A stretch of 64,000 nt of DNA from Rikenellaceae bacterium (GTDB taxonomy: Bacteria; Bacteroidota; Bacteroidia; Bacteroidales; Rikenellaceae), in assembly GCA_015060165.1 (NCBI GenBank), contig SUZC01000006.1, positions 49,744 to 113,743 of the forward strand. The letters are read 5' to 3'. The position numbers and the translations under genes are program-made. Positions 38,801 to 47,492 of this stretch are shown one piece after another (the stretch's first letter is position 1; each line of letters opens with the position of its first letter). The notes below the pieces were generated by a model. It made no database searches. It worked only from the letters and a program-made list of their open reading frames with translations, and had not been told where the DNA came from.

Positions 38801-38873
38801 ACCACACAACACTGCGATTACGCATTGAATATTGAGCTATCGACATAGGCTTAGCGATTGATTGGTTTGACAC
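35820..38873 (-). CDS. RND efflux transporter permease (AcrB/HAE1-like)
   Basis: 1017 aa, 12-TM/two-large-loop layout, VDNAIVVVDN motif; start 38873 or ATG 38846. Confidence 0.9.
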   Translation of the reverse strand: MSNQSIAKPMSIAQYSMRNRSVVWFVLALFVVGGVWAFLQMGKKEDSTFVLKSAVVSCPYPGATPFQVEQLISEPLARELQSMRRVKKITSESYYGLSKITIELESSIRSNQIPQMWDELRRKVLNFSSQLPSDAGPVSVNDDFSDVYGLYFALVADDGFSWSEIRDWAQRIKTRTATVGGVQKVALFGEQQPVVNVYITKSTLANFSITPEMIVAMMSQQNAVVNTGAVVAGDMMLRVLETGSYSTVDDIANQLLIAPDGKQFRLGDVARIELDYQDPPQCLMSVDGQRAVGVGISSEEDADVVKIGRNVRELLQQLQTEMPLGLEIVELYPEDKIARDANLSFMLNLLESVLIVVAVIMLAMGLRSGSLIGLSLLFTIGGTMLVMYAFREGINRTSLAGFIIAMGMLVDNAIVVVDNAQKSIQRGVPIRKALVEGADVPKWGLLGATLIAVFSFLPLYLAPSSVAEIVKPLFVVIAISLLLSWVLAMSQVPIFGERMLRLIPHYEDKGRIGWFDKVLRWSLRNRTVVVLMAVWMFVLSIVVMKLMPQNFFPQLDKPYFRADVILPEGCDITYTQQNLLQMTDWLRRQKEVVKVSATAGSTPMRYYLASSNFSSRPNYGNLLVEVDRSRSADLVRRRFDRFVADSCPDVWLRSSLFKLSPVPDATIEIGFVGPNVDTLRYLTHQVEQIMWDNPDATNVRNSWGNRIPTWLPVYSQIKGQRIGVSRSRMAQWITLATDGLPMTQFRRGDEFIPVLLKDDNIEEYNLSSLSSIPIFSQGGNVFSIEQASSHFDFDFLPSVVKRYNRQRVMKAQCDPRDGVNANTLFEEIYLAAQSQVNLPEGYSMHIFGEQESQQESNQALGANMPLALVLIFVVLLMLFGNYRDPLVILFMTPLIFIGVVAGLSLTGNKFDFFSLLGLLGLVGMNVKNAVILVSSINRLRRAGVPSYDAIVEAARSRLLPVCMASITTILALIPLLFDSLFAGMASTIMGGLLVATILTMVVLPVVYSIFYDIKPEK

Positions 38874-39891
38874 TATCCCCCTCGCGTAGTTTATATACTC
38901 CTGCCGAGACTATCTCAGCATCGGCTGGAAGACCCGACACAACACTCACCATATCGCGACCGTACAATTCACCCAACTCGACCCGACACAACTCTACCCT
39001 ATTATCCGCACCTACACGCCACACATACTCACCACCCGAAGCCGGAGCATATATGGCCGACAATGGAACAACGACGATAGCCCCCGCAAAGTTGGAATTT
39101 TTATAATTCATAACCACTTGGCAAGTCATTCCGGGAGATATGCGATAACGTTCGGCCTCATCACGCTCAATCTTCAACGATACGGGAAAACCCGATGCAT
39201 CGGATGAGGTTTTGGCATAGGTATCGAGTCGAGCTACAAACCTGCGACCAGGAATATTATCGAAAACCACGCTAAAACGAAGCATCGAATCCGACAAAAG
39301 CGGAAGGCTCTTTTCGGGCATAGTAAACTCAACAGTGGTACTCATTGGATTGACCAGACGAAGGATTGTCTCACCCGACTGCACTCGCTGATAGGTATCG
39401 ACATAAGTACGCTCAATCACACCGGCGAATGGAGCCCGCAGCTTGGTCTCCGAGAGCAAATCTTTCGAATTCTCATAGGTCGATTGTGCCTGCACATATT
39501 GAGCTCTTGCCAACTCAAACTCCTGCTGGGAGACAGCTTGATGGTCGAGTAATCGTTGCATACGCTCATACTGCGATTTTGCCCGTTCGAATTGTGATCT
39601 ATCGGAGGCCTTTTGCAACTCCACATCGCGAGGATCCAGACGAGCCAGCAAAGCCCCTTTAGCTACATAATCACCCTTTGCGACATCGACCGACAACAAC
39701 TGCCCCGATATTTTGAAGGCAAGATTTACAGCATCATCGGCTGTGGCCATACCTGCATAATCGCGTTCGACATAATCAACCACCTCGGCACGTGTGACCT
39801 TCACCGCAATTGGCGAATCGTCATAGCGATTGTTATGCCTGCACGAGATCGCTGCCAAGAATAAAAATAGAATATGATAGTATCTGCACAT
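38851..39891 (-). CDS. RND efflux periplasmic adaptor (MFP) lipoprotein
   Basis: Lipobox LAAISC, coiled-coil hairpin region, beta-barrel C-terminus; start set at ATG 39891. Confidence 0.85.
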   Translation of the reverse strand: MCRYYHILFLFLAAISCRHNNRYDDSPIAVKVTRAEVVDYVERDYAGMATADDAVNLAFKISGQLLSVDVAKGDYVAKGALLARLDPRDVELQKASDRSQFERAKSQYERMQRLLDHQAVSQQEFELARAQYVQAQSTYENSKDLLSETKLRAPFAGVIERTYVDTYQRVQSGETILRLVNPMSTTVEFTMPEKSLPLLSDSMLRFSVVFDNIPGRRFVARLDTYAKTSSDASGFPVSLKIERDEAERYRISPGMTCQVVMNYKNSNFAGAIVVVPLSAIYAPASGGEYVWRVGADNRVELCRVELGELYGRDMVSVVSGLPADAEIVSAGVYKLREGDSVKPINR

Positions 39892-39963
39892 AGATAAAAA
39901 AAAATTGACCTTCGTCAATGCGAAAGTCAATTTTCATACCAAATGTGTTACGCGTGCATCACG

Positions 39964-40434
39964 CTATCGAATTCTATCCAACGAACGGACCAGCATTTCA
40001 TCCTTGAATATTGCACGAAGAGCCAAATAATCGAGAATCAGAGCTACCAGCGGGAAGATTATCGCAATGCGAAATCCTTGAGTATGAAACTCCAACTGAT
40101 CAAACATTCTATTGCTAAGATAATAATAAATAGCCATAAAAATCTGTGCACCCACCAACAACACAAGCTCAACAGCACAGAGACGAATCTGCAACATACG
40201 ATTCTTGTAAAGGAAAATGGTAACGAGCGGAACGATAGTTGCCAAAGCTACAATGATGCCCATATACATAGTCGATTGTGCCGATGCATCACTACCCGAC
40301 TGGCTAACTAATTCAAAAGCGAATAGTTCATAGATATTTGATCCTGCTGCAAAATATGCCAACGGGGTCAACAGGGCTGTTATCATCAAAGCCACAATGG
40401 CTACAAGATAAAGTGTTTGAATACGTTGTATCAT
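39964..40434 (-). CDS. DUF4293 domain-containing membrane protein
   Basis: MIQRIQTLYLVAI start and 4-5 TM segments as recalled for DUF4293. Confidence 0.65.
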   Translation of the reverse strand: MIQRIQTLYLVAIVALMITALLTPLAYFAAGSNIYELFAFELVSQSGSDASAQSTMYMGIIVALATIVPLVTIFLYKNRMLQIRLCAVELVLLVGAQIFMAIYYYLSNRMFDQLEFHTQGFRIAIIFPLVALILDYLALRAIFKDEMLVRSLDRIR

Positions 40435-40473
40435 ATAAATTAAACTTTTACTTTAACTGATAATTTTGCTTTG

Positions 40474-41436
40474 TTATTTAATTTTCTTATCGATCAAATA
40501 TGAGTTTCTATCAGATGAATTACGATTGATAAGTTCACCCAAAAATCCAGCCAAAAAGAGCTGCACACCCAAGATAACAGCCAGAATAGCCACAAAGAAC
40601 AATGGCTGATCTGTAACAGCACGCAGTGGAAGGCCATTGGCCTGCTTATAGAGTTTAGCCGCGATCACCCAAATGGTCGTAAAACCACCTAACAGGAACA
40701 TTACCGTACCTAGGCTGCCAAAGAAATACATCGGAGAGCGACCGAAATGCGACATAAATGAGACAGAAATCAGATCGAGGTAACCCTTGACCATACGCTC
40801 CATACCAAATTTCGAGACTCCATATTTGCGTTCCTGATGCTGCACTACCTTCTCTCCGATACGCTTAAAGCCAGCGTGCTTGGCCAGGATAGGAATATAA
40901 CGGTGCATCTCGCCATACACCTCGATTGACTTTATCACCTTACGACGATACGCCTTCAAACCGCAATTGAAATCGTGAAGCTTTATACCCGACACTACTC
41001 TTGCAGTCCAATTGAAGAACTTGCTGGGAAGACGCTTGCCAGCTGGATCGTAACGCTTCTTCTTCCAACCCGACACCAAGTCGTAGCCATCCTCCAAAAT
41101 CATGCGACGCATCTGGGGAATTTCGTCGGGAGAATCCTGCAAATCGGCATCCATTGTGAAGACAACCTCACCCTCAGCCTCGGCAAATCCACAATAAAGA
41201 GCTGCCGATTTGCCATAATTACGAGCAAAACGGATTCCTTTGACTGCCGAATACTCCTGCTTAAGTCGTTCCACCTCAGCCCAAGAGTCATCGGATGAGC
41301 CATCGTCGACCATAATAATCTCATACGAAAGATTATTACCCTTTGCAACACGGTCGATCCAAGCCACAAGTTCTGCAAGTGACTCCTGCTCGTTATATAG
41401 AGGTACGACAACAGATATATCCAATTTATTATCCAT
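40474..41436 (-). CDS. GT2 polyprenyl-phosphate glycosyltransferase-like (GtrB/ArnC-type, C-terminal TMs)
   Basis: ISVVVPLYNE, MVDDGSSD, MDADLQD motifs plus two C-terminal TM helices. Confidence 0.8.
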   Translation of the reverse strand: MDNKLDISVVVPLYNEQESLAELVAWIDRVAKGNNLSYEIIMVDDGSSDDSWAEVERLKQEYSAVKGIRFARNYGKSAALYCGFAEAEGEVVFTMDADLQDSPDEIPQMRRMILEDGYDLVSGWKKKRYDPAGKRLPSKFFNWTARVVSGIKLHDFNCGLKAYRRKVIKSIEVYGEMHRYIPILAKHAGFKRIGEKVVQHQERKYGVSKFGMERMVKGYLDLISVSFMSHFGRSPMYFFGSLGTVMFLLGGFTTIWVIAAKLYKQANGLPLRAVTDQPLFFVAILAVILGVQLFLAGFLGELINRNSSDRNSYLIDKKIK

Positions 41437-41456
41437 CGCTAATACTCAAATAATCG

Positions 41457-42026
41457 TTACTCCTGATCATCATCAGACTCATCGACCTCCTCACTCTGGT
41501 CGAACAAATCGGGCTCACGCTTAGTTCCAAGCGAGATAAAGAGTCCCAAGAATGCAAAATAGAAGATGTAGCTCAATACATTAGACAGCAACACATAGAT
41601 CGGAGAGAACATATAGTTGCGCATCATAGAGCTCATCTTATCCATCGTTGCATTATCCATCACTCCCATCTGAGAGTAGGCAGCAATAACCTGGTTGAGA
41701 GTCTCCTCGAACTTCTCGGTAAAGAGGAAATTACTTGCTACAATCTGATATGCGCCAACTACAATTCCCGTAAAGATTGCCATCGCTACGATGAATCCAA
41801 GGCTCTGTGAGTAGGTAAAACCCTCCTGCGAATAGAGCGCAGCACGCGAACGTGTAAAATGGAACAACAGATAGATGATAGCCACGAAACTTGCGAGATT
41901 GAAAACAAATGCCACTTTCGGGATAAGCATACCTATCAAAGCAAATGCCACACATACCAATCCGATTATAGCGCCACCACGCGAAGCTTCGTTCCAAAAA
42001 TTACTCTTTTTCATATCACGATTCAA
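41457..42026 (-). CDS. DUF4199 domain-containing membrane protein
   Basis: FWNEASRGGAIIGL start, 4 TM segments, acidic tail; recalled DUF4199 pattern. Confidence 0.6.
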   Translation of the reverse strand: MNRDMKKSNFWNEASRGGAIIGLVCVAFALIGMLIPKVAFVFNLASFVAIIYLLFHFTRSRAALYSQEGFTYSQSLGFIVAMAIFTGIVVGAYQIVASNFLFTEKFEETLNQVIAAYSQMGVMDNATMDKMSSMMRNYMFSPIYVLLSNVLSYIFYFAFLGLFISLGTKREPDLFDQSEEVDESDDDQE

Positions 42027-42151
42027 TGTTTATTTTCATCTTCTTTTACCCATCGGCCTGCCTATACATAACTCCACAACAAGCCAATTTGGGACAAATA
42101 TAATAATTTAGCGCGGGTAAAACAAATTTATCTTTCTCAACAGAGACCAGC

Positions 42152-42193
42152 AGCAAAAAAATCGGGGCTATCCAAACTTTCCGCTGGATAGCC
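42152..42193 (-). terminator. Intrinsic terminator of GH28 gene
   Basis: 9-bp stem ggctatcca / tggatagcc followed on minus strand by TTTTTTT. Confidence 0.65.
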
Positions 42194-42265
42194 TCGATAT
42201 AAAAATCATATAAGGGTTTTTGTCTTGAACCAAAAAATTGCCTGCTGCTGCAACGGAGCGAAACT

Positions 42266-43624
42266 TTAATCCACCACGTCCTCCATCATAAAATCGGGAC
42301 GAGCATCAGGCTCGGCAGTAAGCACCTTAATATTTGTAAATTTCACATTGCGAGCATGGCGCACGAAAAATCCCTTTGCAGGGAGAATGCCCCACATTGT
42401 AGCTTCAGGATAACTCTTCTCATGTTCGTCAACCACATTCTTACGAGTTTGGGATAATGCCTTGGCTGCGACACCGCCCTTGTGATGAATCGTGATGTTG
42501 TCGAGATGTATATTCTCAACCGGATATCCCGGCAAACCAGTAATCGAGCAACCCGTTGGCCCGGCATTTCGGACCTGAACATTGCTGATATGCACACCAT
42601 TTATCTTACCCACATTTTTCACATCTTCACCTTCGCGGTAACCACGCGCACGATTGCCCAAACGTATGAAGATAGGCGACTCTGTCTCCTCAACAACAAT
42701 ATTGCTAACGTTAACATTTTCCAACACTCCACCATCGACCATTTCAAGCGAGATTGCAGAAATACCATTCCAGCGACCAAAAATCTTCTCCTTCTGGTCA
42801 TAGCTCGGCTTAACCACAATATTGGAGATATTGATATTACGGAATCCGCCATTTGTCTCAGTACCCAACTTGATGGCATTACAATGGGTTGAAACCACAC
42901 AATTTGAGATTGTAATATTCTCACACAAACGTGGCGATGTACTTTTCAGCACGATTCCATCATCGTCGGAATCAGAAATCAGATTTGTCACGACGACCTC
43001 ATGGCACCCATCCAAATCGAGAGCGTCGTTATTGCAATTATTGCGATTATAGATTGTCACACCATCGATTTTCACACGGTCGCAAGCTAAGAAATGCTGC
43101 ATCCAACAGCCTGAGTTGCGGAGCGTTATATTGCGAATGGTGATGTCCTGACTCTGGATAAATCTGAGCAGGTGCGGACGAGTGATACCTTCGTCGGTCT
43201 CAGCCGTTTTCTTAAATTTTCTACCTCGGCCATCAATTGTACCGTAGCCGTCGATAACCACATTGGTCACTTTATCGGCAAAGATTAGCTGAATGGTCTG
43301 ACGCTGAGTACGGAGCGATACATAATCGGTGTTGACTGCCTTGTAATCCTCAAGATTTGTGCTGCCATATAGTGTTGCACCGTGCTCCAAATAAAGATGA
43401 ACATTGCTTTTCAGGAAAATCGAGCCTATCGTATATCCTCCCGTCGGAACAACCACACGGCCACCACCAGCAGCCGAGCAAGCATCGATTGCTCGCTGCA
43501 CAGCCTTGGTACTAAGTTTTGAGGTGTCGCGTATAGCACCATATTTCAGGATGTTAAAGTCGGCCGCCTGCACAGAAATAGCCGCAAAGACCAAAGCCAC
43601 GAAAGTAAATAACGCTTTTTTCAT
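42266..43624 (-). CDS. GH28-family pectin-type glycoside hydrolase (polygalacturonase-like)
   Basis: Signal peptide; parallel beta-helix repeats with NNDALDLD, DSDDDGIVLKS and HCNAIKLGTE resembling GH28 catalytic motifs. Confidence 0.8.
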   Translation of the reverse strand: MKKALFTFVALVFAAISVQAADFNILKYGAIRDTSKLSTKAVQRAIDACSAAGGGRVVVPTGGYTIGSIFLKSNVHLYLEHGATLYGSTNLEDYKAVNTDYVSLRTQRQTIQLIFADKVTNVVIDGYGTIDGRGRKFKKTAETDEGITRPHLLRFIQSQDITIRNITLRNSGCWMQHFLACDRVKIDGVTIYNRNNCNNDALDLDGCHEVVVTNLISDSDDDGIVLKSTSPRLCENITISNCVVSTHCNAIKLGTETNGGFRNINISNIVVKPSYDQKEKIFGRWNGISAISLEMVDGGVLENVNVSNIVVEETESPIFIRLGNRARGYREGEDVKNVGKINGVHISNVQVRNAGPTGCSITGLPGYPVENIHLDNITIHHKGGVAAKALSQTRKNVVDEHEKSYPEATMWGILPAKGFFVRHARNVKFTNIKVLTAEPDARPDFMMEDVVD

Positions 43625-43862
43625 ATTAAATTATCTGTTAGTAGTTATATCGATACATCTCTACAAAGTTAACCATTTAATGAATAATACAAAACATTTT
43701 AGCGTTGGAATTACATAAAAGGCAGCCTTGAAAGATATTGAAAAGTATCTAGCATAATGATTGCGAAATTGGCAGAATTCTGCAAAGCAGAATATCTTTT
43801 GTAATATAAGCAGCTGTAAGTGTACAAGCACCCACAACTGCTTATATCACAAAGCTTATATC

Positions 43863-43889
43863 ACAAAAGCCACTCTTGCGAGTGGCTTT
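43863..43889 (-). terminator. Orphan terminator, proposed ancestral terminator of tRNA-Arg
   Basis: 10-bp stem aaagccactc / gagtggcttt, TTTTG on minus strand, 20 nt downstream (minus sense) of the left 13-nt tRNA fragment. Confidence 0.6.
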
Positions 43890-43908
43890 CTTATTACGCA
43901 TTGCGCTC

Positions 43909-43921
43909 GTGATTCCGGCGG
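43909..43921. repeat. Left copy of 13-nt direct repeat gtgattccggcgg (att-like)
   Basis: Exact match to 57680..57692, which is the 3' acceptor/T-stem end of tRNA-Arg. Confidence 0.85.
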
Positions 43922-44188
43922 TGGAGGCGATGTTGCTTGTTAGTCTCAAACGCTCAAAGCGTTGTGCGATTTTCGTGGTATTCACTCACACCACACTCAC
44001 AAATAAATTCATATATTTTCTTACTCGGAAAGTACTGAAGATAATACATTGATATATAATAATATAAATATGTATGTTATACTATTCTTCTTGTGCTTTT
44101 TGTCTTGTTTATCGGTTTTAGTTCGTTTTGCTACTCAAAGATAGTAAAATTAGTGATAAACTAGGCATACTATCTGTTTTATTTAATT

Positions 44189-45457
44189 TCAAACCCTATC
44201 TACTCGTCTACATTTAAGAATTAATGGTTGTCCGTTACTGTTCTTTATTCCACTATTAATGGTAGTAATATTGCCTCGCTTGATAGGGTGATCTGAATAT
44301 GTAATAGCTGTTTTGTTATGTAAAGAAAAATGAGAATAAATAAATATTTCTTTAATGTAACAATCCAACAATAGCTGTAAGCGTTTTGCATCAAAATGCT
44401 TAAACGCGAGTAACTCCATACTTGTTGACTCTTTTAAATCATCAATAACCACTTTGATTTCCACATCCGCACAATTGCGAATCTCTATCATAAAACTATA
44501 TTTGGGATCTATTTTGCCACTTGTGCTAATCTTAACATTTTTTCTATCCCATACTTTATGTAATGTATCCCTTAAATTCGTAAAAATAATATTAAGTCCT
44601 GCTCTTTCCACAACATCTAAATCTTTCCACCAATCTTTAAACTCTAGCAATTCAAAAACTGGCAGATGCTTTAGGATATTGTACTCATTAATGTATTTAA
44701 TAAACTTACGTCCATAATAAGTAAGAGCATTGTATCTCAAAAAGAACAACTCTGTTTCCGTTAATTGAGCTCTAATGATTTTTAAATAATCTTTTTTAAT
44801 TTCCTCTGGGATTGTTTTAGCATTATCAATTAGGTCATATATGCGATACAATGTTCTATAATATGCACCTATTTTATCTTTATTTTTAATGTAGAAAAAC
44901 ATATATATTTTTAGTGCCTCTGCTTGATTCTGCTCAAAAGACTTTTTTGGAGTAAAAGACCTTTGAAGTTTCTCTTTTTCAAAGTCAAAGAAGTCTTTAT
45001 TGTTATAAGAATACTCTCGTACTTCATAGTTATTGTCTTCATTTGAATCAACATTCTGCGTTTTTGTCTCCGCAAATGTTTTATATACTCCGCACAATTC
45101 AGACACTTGACTTTGATACAAATGTAATAATTCAAAGAATAAATCATGAAAGCGCTCTATCTCAAGTTGCTGTTTGTTATCCGATGTTGCTGTTTGTTGA
45201 TGATTGAATGTTTTAATAACCAAGAGGACGCTTATTACTCCAAAAATGGTTCCTAAAACACCTCCGACGAAATCACCATATGTTCCCAATAGTGCATAAT
45301 CTGCTATATAGTCTGCTTTAAATGGTTTAATTATATGTCCCCATCCAAAAGCTATACCTGATAAAACGATAAAAACAAAGGAAAGCACAACATATGCCCA
45401 TCTAGACGATAATATTTTGTCTACAAATTGACTGATCTTACTAAAAATTGCCTTCAT
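44189..45457 (-). CDS. Putative abortive-infection protein, AbiC-like (putAbiC-type N-terminus)
   Basis: Two N-terminal TM helices with GTYGDFVGGVLGTIFGVISVLLVI then ERFHDLFFELLHLY, matching the recalled putAbiC pattern; rest unknown. Confidence 0.5.
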   Translation of the reverse strand: MKAIFSKISQFVDKILSSRWAYVVLSFVFIVLSGIAFGWGHIIKPFKADYIADYALLGTYGDFVGGVLGTIFGVISVLLVIKTFNHQQTATSDNKQQLEIERFHDLFFELLHLYQSQVSELCGVYKTFAETKTQNVDSNEDNNYEVREYSYNNKDFFDFEKEKLQRSFTPKKSFEQNQAEALKIYMFFYIKNKDKIGAYYRTLYRIYDLIDNAKTIPEEIKKDYLKIIRAQLTETELFFLRYNALTYYGRKFIKYINEYNILKHLPVFELLEFKDWWKDLDVVERAGLNIIFTNLRDTLHKVWDRKNVKISTSGKIDPKYSFMIEIRNCADVEIKVVIDDLKESTSMELLAFKHFDAKRLQLLLDCYIKEIFIYSHFSLHNKTAITYSDHPIKRGNITTINSGIKNSNGQPLILKCRRVDRV

Positions 45458-45608
45458 ATGGTTAGTAATTTAAGGAATAACATTTATAAATGTATAATGC
45501 CTCAATGTTCTTGTAAACATTTGATTATACAAAGACTACTACCACCGATCAATTATAAATCTTTTAACCAAACACTTTGGCAAGTCTCAACCTAAAGTTT
45601 TTGATATT

Positions 45609-46007
45609 TTACTGTTTTAATGCTCCCTCTACTGCTTGCTTTGCTGCGATTTTAGCTCCACCTCCAATAATCCTAAGTAACTTATAGCTTGCGAGCATGT
45701 TATTTAACGCTCCTGCTGCAACCAACAAACTATTTTGTAATTGTATAACAGACATACCCTCTACAATATTACTGGGGACAACAGTTAAAAAGCAATTGTG
45801 AGGTGTAAATTGAGTGAGGTCTGGATACTTGTTAGTTATATAACTATTACAAGTCTTCAACTCTTCTGCATTAGCACGCAATACAGCATTAAATATGTGC
45901 TGTAAATCCTCTCTGACTATGTCTTGTTGTTCTTTTACATCTTTAGCAACTTCAAAGGACTCCTTACAAGCATCTGCAAACAACTTTATTCTATCTTGAT
46001 TATCCAT
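45609..46007 (-). CDS. Hypothetical 132-aa protein (Gly/Ala-rich amphipathic C-terminus)
   Basis: Clean ORF 27 nt downstream of ATPase gene on same strand; no recognisable motif. Confidence 0.5.
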   Translation of the reverse strand: MDNQDRIKLFADACKESFEVAKDVKEQQDIVREDLQHIFNAVLRANAEELKTCNSYITNKYPDLTQFTPHNCFLTVVPSNIVEGMSVIQLQNSLLVAAGALNNMLASYKLLRIIGGGAKIAAKQAVEGALKQ

Positions 46008-46034
46008 ATTATAAAAGTATTAAAAACAATAAAC

Positions 46035-47360
46035 TTAATCTTTTAAGCATCCGAGTGGGATTACCTTCACGCCATCCTCACGAGTATATGCAAACTCTCC
46101 ACCGGTCAGCACAATCAACAGGTCTGGTTCACGGAGAGGCATCTGCTTCTCGGTTTTATTGCGCTCGCGGATCAGTTCTTGCAGTTGCAGAAGATGCTTT
46201 GCTCCCTCATCAATATCTCGGCTGCCCAACTTACACTCAATAAGTGCATATCGCTGGTCATCAAGATGAAGTACAATATCAGCCTCCAAGCCATATCTAT
46301 CATGATAGTAAGATACTCGACCTCCCATAGCTTGTGAATACACTCTTAAATCTCGAATACACATACACTCGAAGATAAAACCAAAGGTTTTCAAGTCTAG
46401 TTCAAGCGATTTTGGCGATGCTCCCATTGCTGCCACAGCGATAGATGGATCAATGAAGCATCTCTTCTTGCCAGAGCGAATAGCAGTTGCTGAGCGAATA
46501 GCCGGACACCACGCATCGATATCCTCAATCACAAATAGGCGTTTCAATGCATCAACATACTCATCAAAGGTTGCTTGCACAGTTGTCTCCATTTCAACCT
46601 TAACATCAGCAAGCATTGCCGTCTTCTTTGCCAAGGTGCATAGATTGCGAGCATAGGAACGCAAAATGAGTCTAGCAAGTTCAGGATTACGCTGAACTCC
46701 ATCGACTCGCGAAATATCATCTTCGCACACCTTATTGAGGTAATCTTTGGCAATAAGCAATTGTGCCCTTTCGCTTTTCACATTAAGCGAATCTGGCCAA
46801 CCGCCTCGACAAGCCAACATTATCAACTCCTCAATCGATAACTTTGATGTGATACCGTCAATGTCCAATGACCTGTTGTCAAATAACTCAAGGAAAGATA
46901 TTTCACCTGACGACTCTTTCGACTCATATAGGCTCATAGGATACATCGTCATAGTAGCAATTCTACCAGTACCTGTATGCATTTGCCTTTGCTCCTCGGG
47001 AGTATCCTCGTCGCCATTATTCTTTATTACGGTAGAGCCGGTAAGAATAAACTGACCTTTCAGCCCCCTTTGGTCAACGGCATTGCGTACAGCATCCCAC
47101 AAAATAGGTATATCCTGCCACTCATCAATCAGTCGAGGTGTTTCTCCCTTCAACAGAATTGAGGGCTTTGTTCTTGCAGTAGCCAAATAACCTTCGCGTT
47201 TATCAGGGTCCTGCAATTTGATAAAACTTTTGGCTTGTTGTTCCGCAGTAGTGGTCTTACCACACCATTTGGGTCCCGTTATTTGCACAGCCCCAAAAGC
47301 CTCCAACCGCAAAGCAAGTTCGTCGTCAGCTATTCTACTTAAATACTCCTTATCAGCCAT
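46035..47360 (-). CDS. AAA ATPase with C-terminal PD-(D/E)xK-like domain (AAA_14/DUF4143 type)
   Basis: Walker A GPKWCGKTT, Walker B-like RLIDEWQ, C-terminal EADIVL...YALIECKLG nuclease-like motif. Confidence 0.75.
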   Translation of the reverse strand: MADKEYLSRIADDELALRLEAFGAVQITGPKWCGKTTTAEQQAKSFIKLQDPDKREGYLATARTKPSILLKGETPRLIDEWQDIPILWDAVRNAVDQRGLKGQFILTGSTVIKNNGDEDTPEEQRQMHTGTGRIATMTMYPMSLYESKESSGEISFLELFDNRSLDIDGITSKLSIEELIMLACRGGWPDSLNVKSERAQLLIAKDYLNKVCEDDISRVDGVQRNPELARLILRSYARNLCTLAKKTAMLADVKVEMETTVQATFDEYVDALKRLFVIEDIDAWCPAIRSATAIRSGKKRCFIDPSIAVAAMGASPKSLELDLKTFGFIFECMCIRDLRVYSQAMGGRVSYYHDRYGLEADIVLHLDDQRYALIECKLGSRDIDEGAKHLLQLQELIRERNKTEKQMPLREPDLLIVLTGGEFAYTREDGVKVIPLGCLKD

Positions 47361-47388
47361 ATCATAATCTTTTTGTGCTTACTATTTG

Positions 47389-47396
47389 CAAATATA
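47389..47396 (-). promoter_or_regulatory. Bacteroides-type -7 box (TATATTTG) for ATPase gene
   Basis: TAnnTTTG 29 nt upstream of ATG 47360. Confidence 0.4.
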
Positions 47397-47446
47397 ATGA
47401 TTATTCTTTAGATGGCAATGGAAATTTACTTTTTTGTCGCATTTCA

Positions 47447-47492
47447 ACTTGCGTTTTTGTGGTCAAACAACTTGTATTTTTGTGGTCAAACA
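47447..47492. repeat. Tandem 23-bp direct repeat x2 (21/23 identical) with degenerate flanking copies
   Basis: acttgcgtttttgtggtcaaaca / acttgtatttttgtggtcaaaca; weaker copies at 47425..47446 and 47493..47515 share TTTTGT core. Confidence 0.85.
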
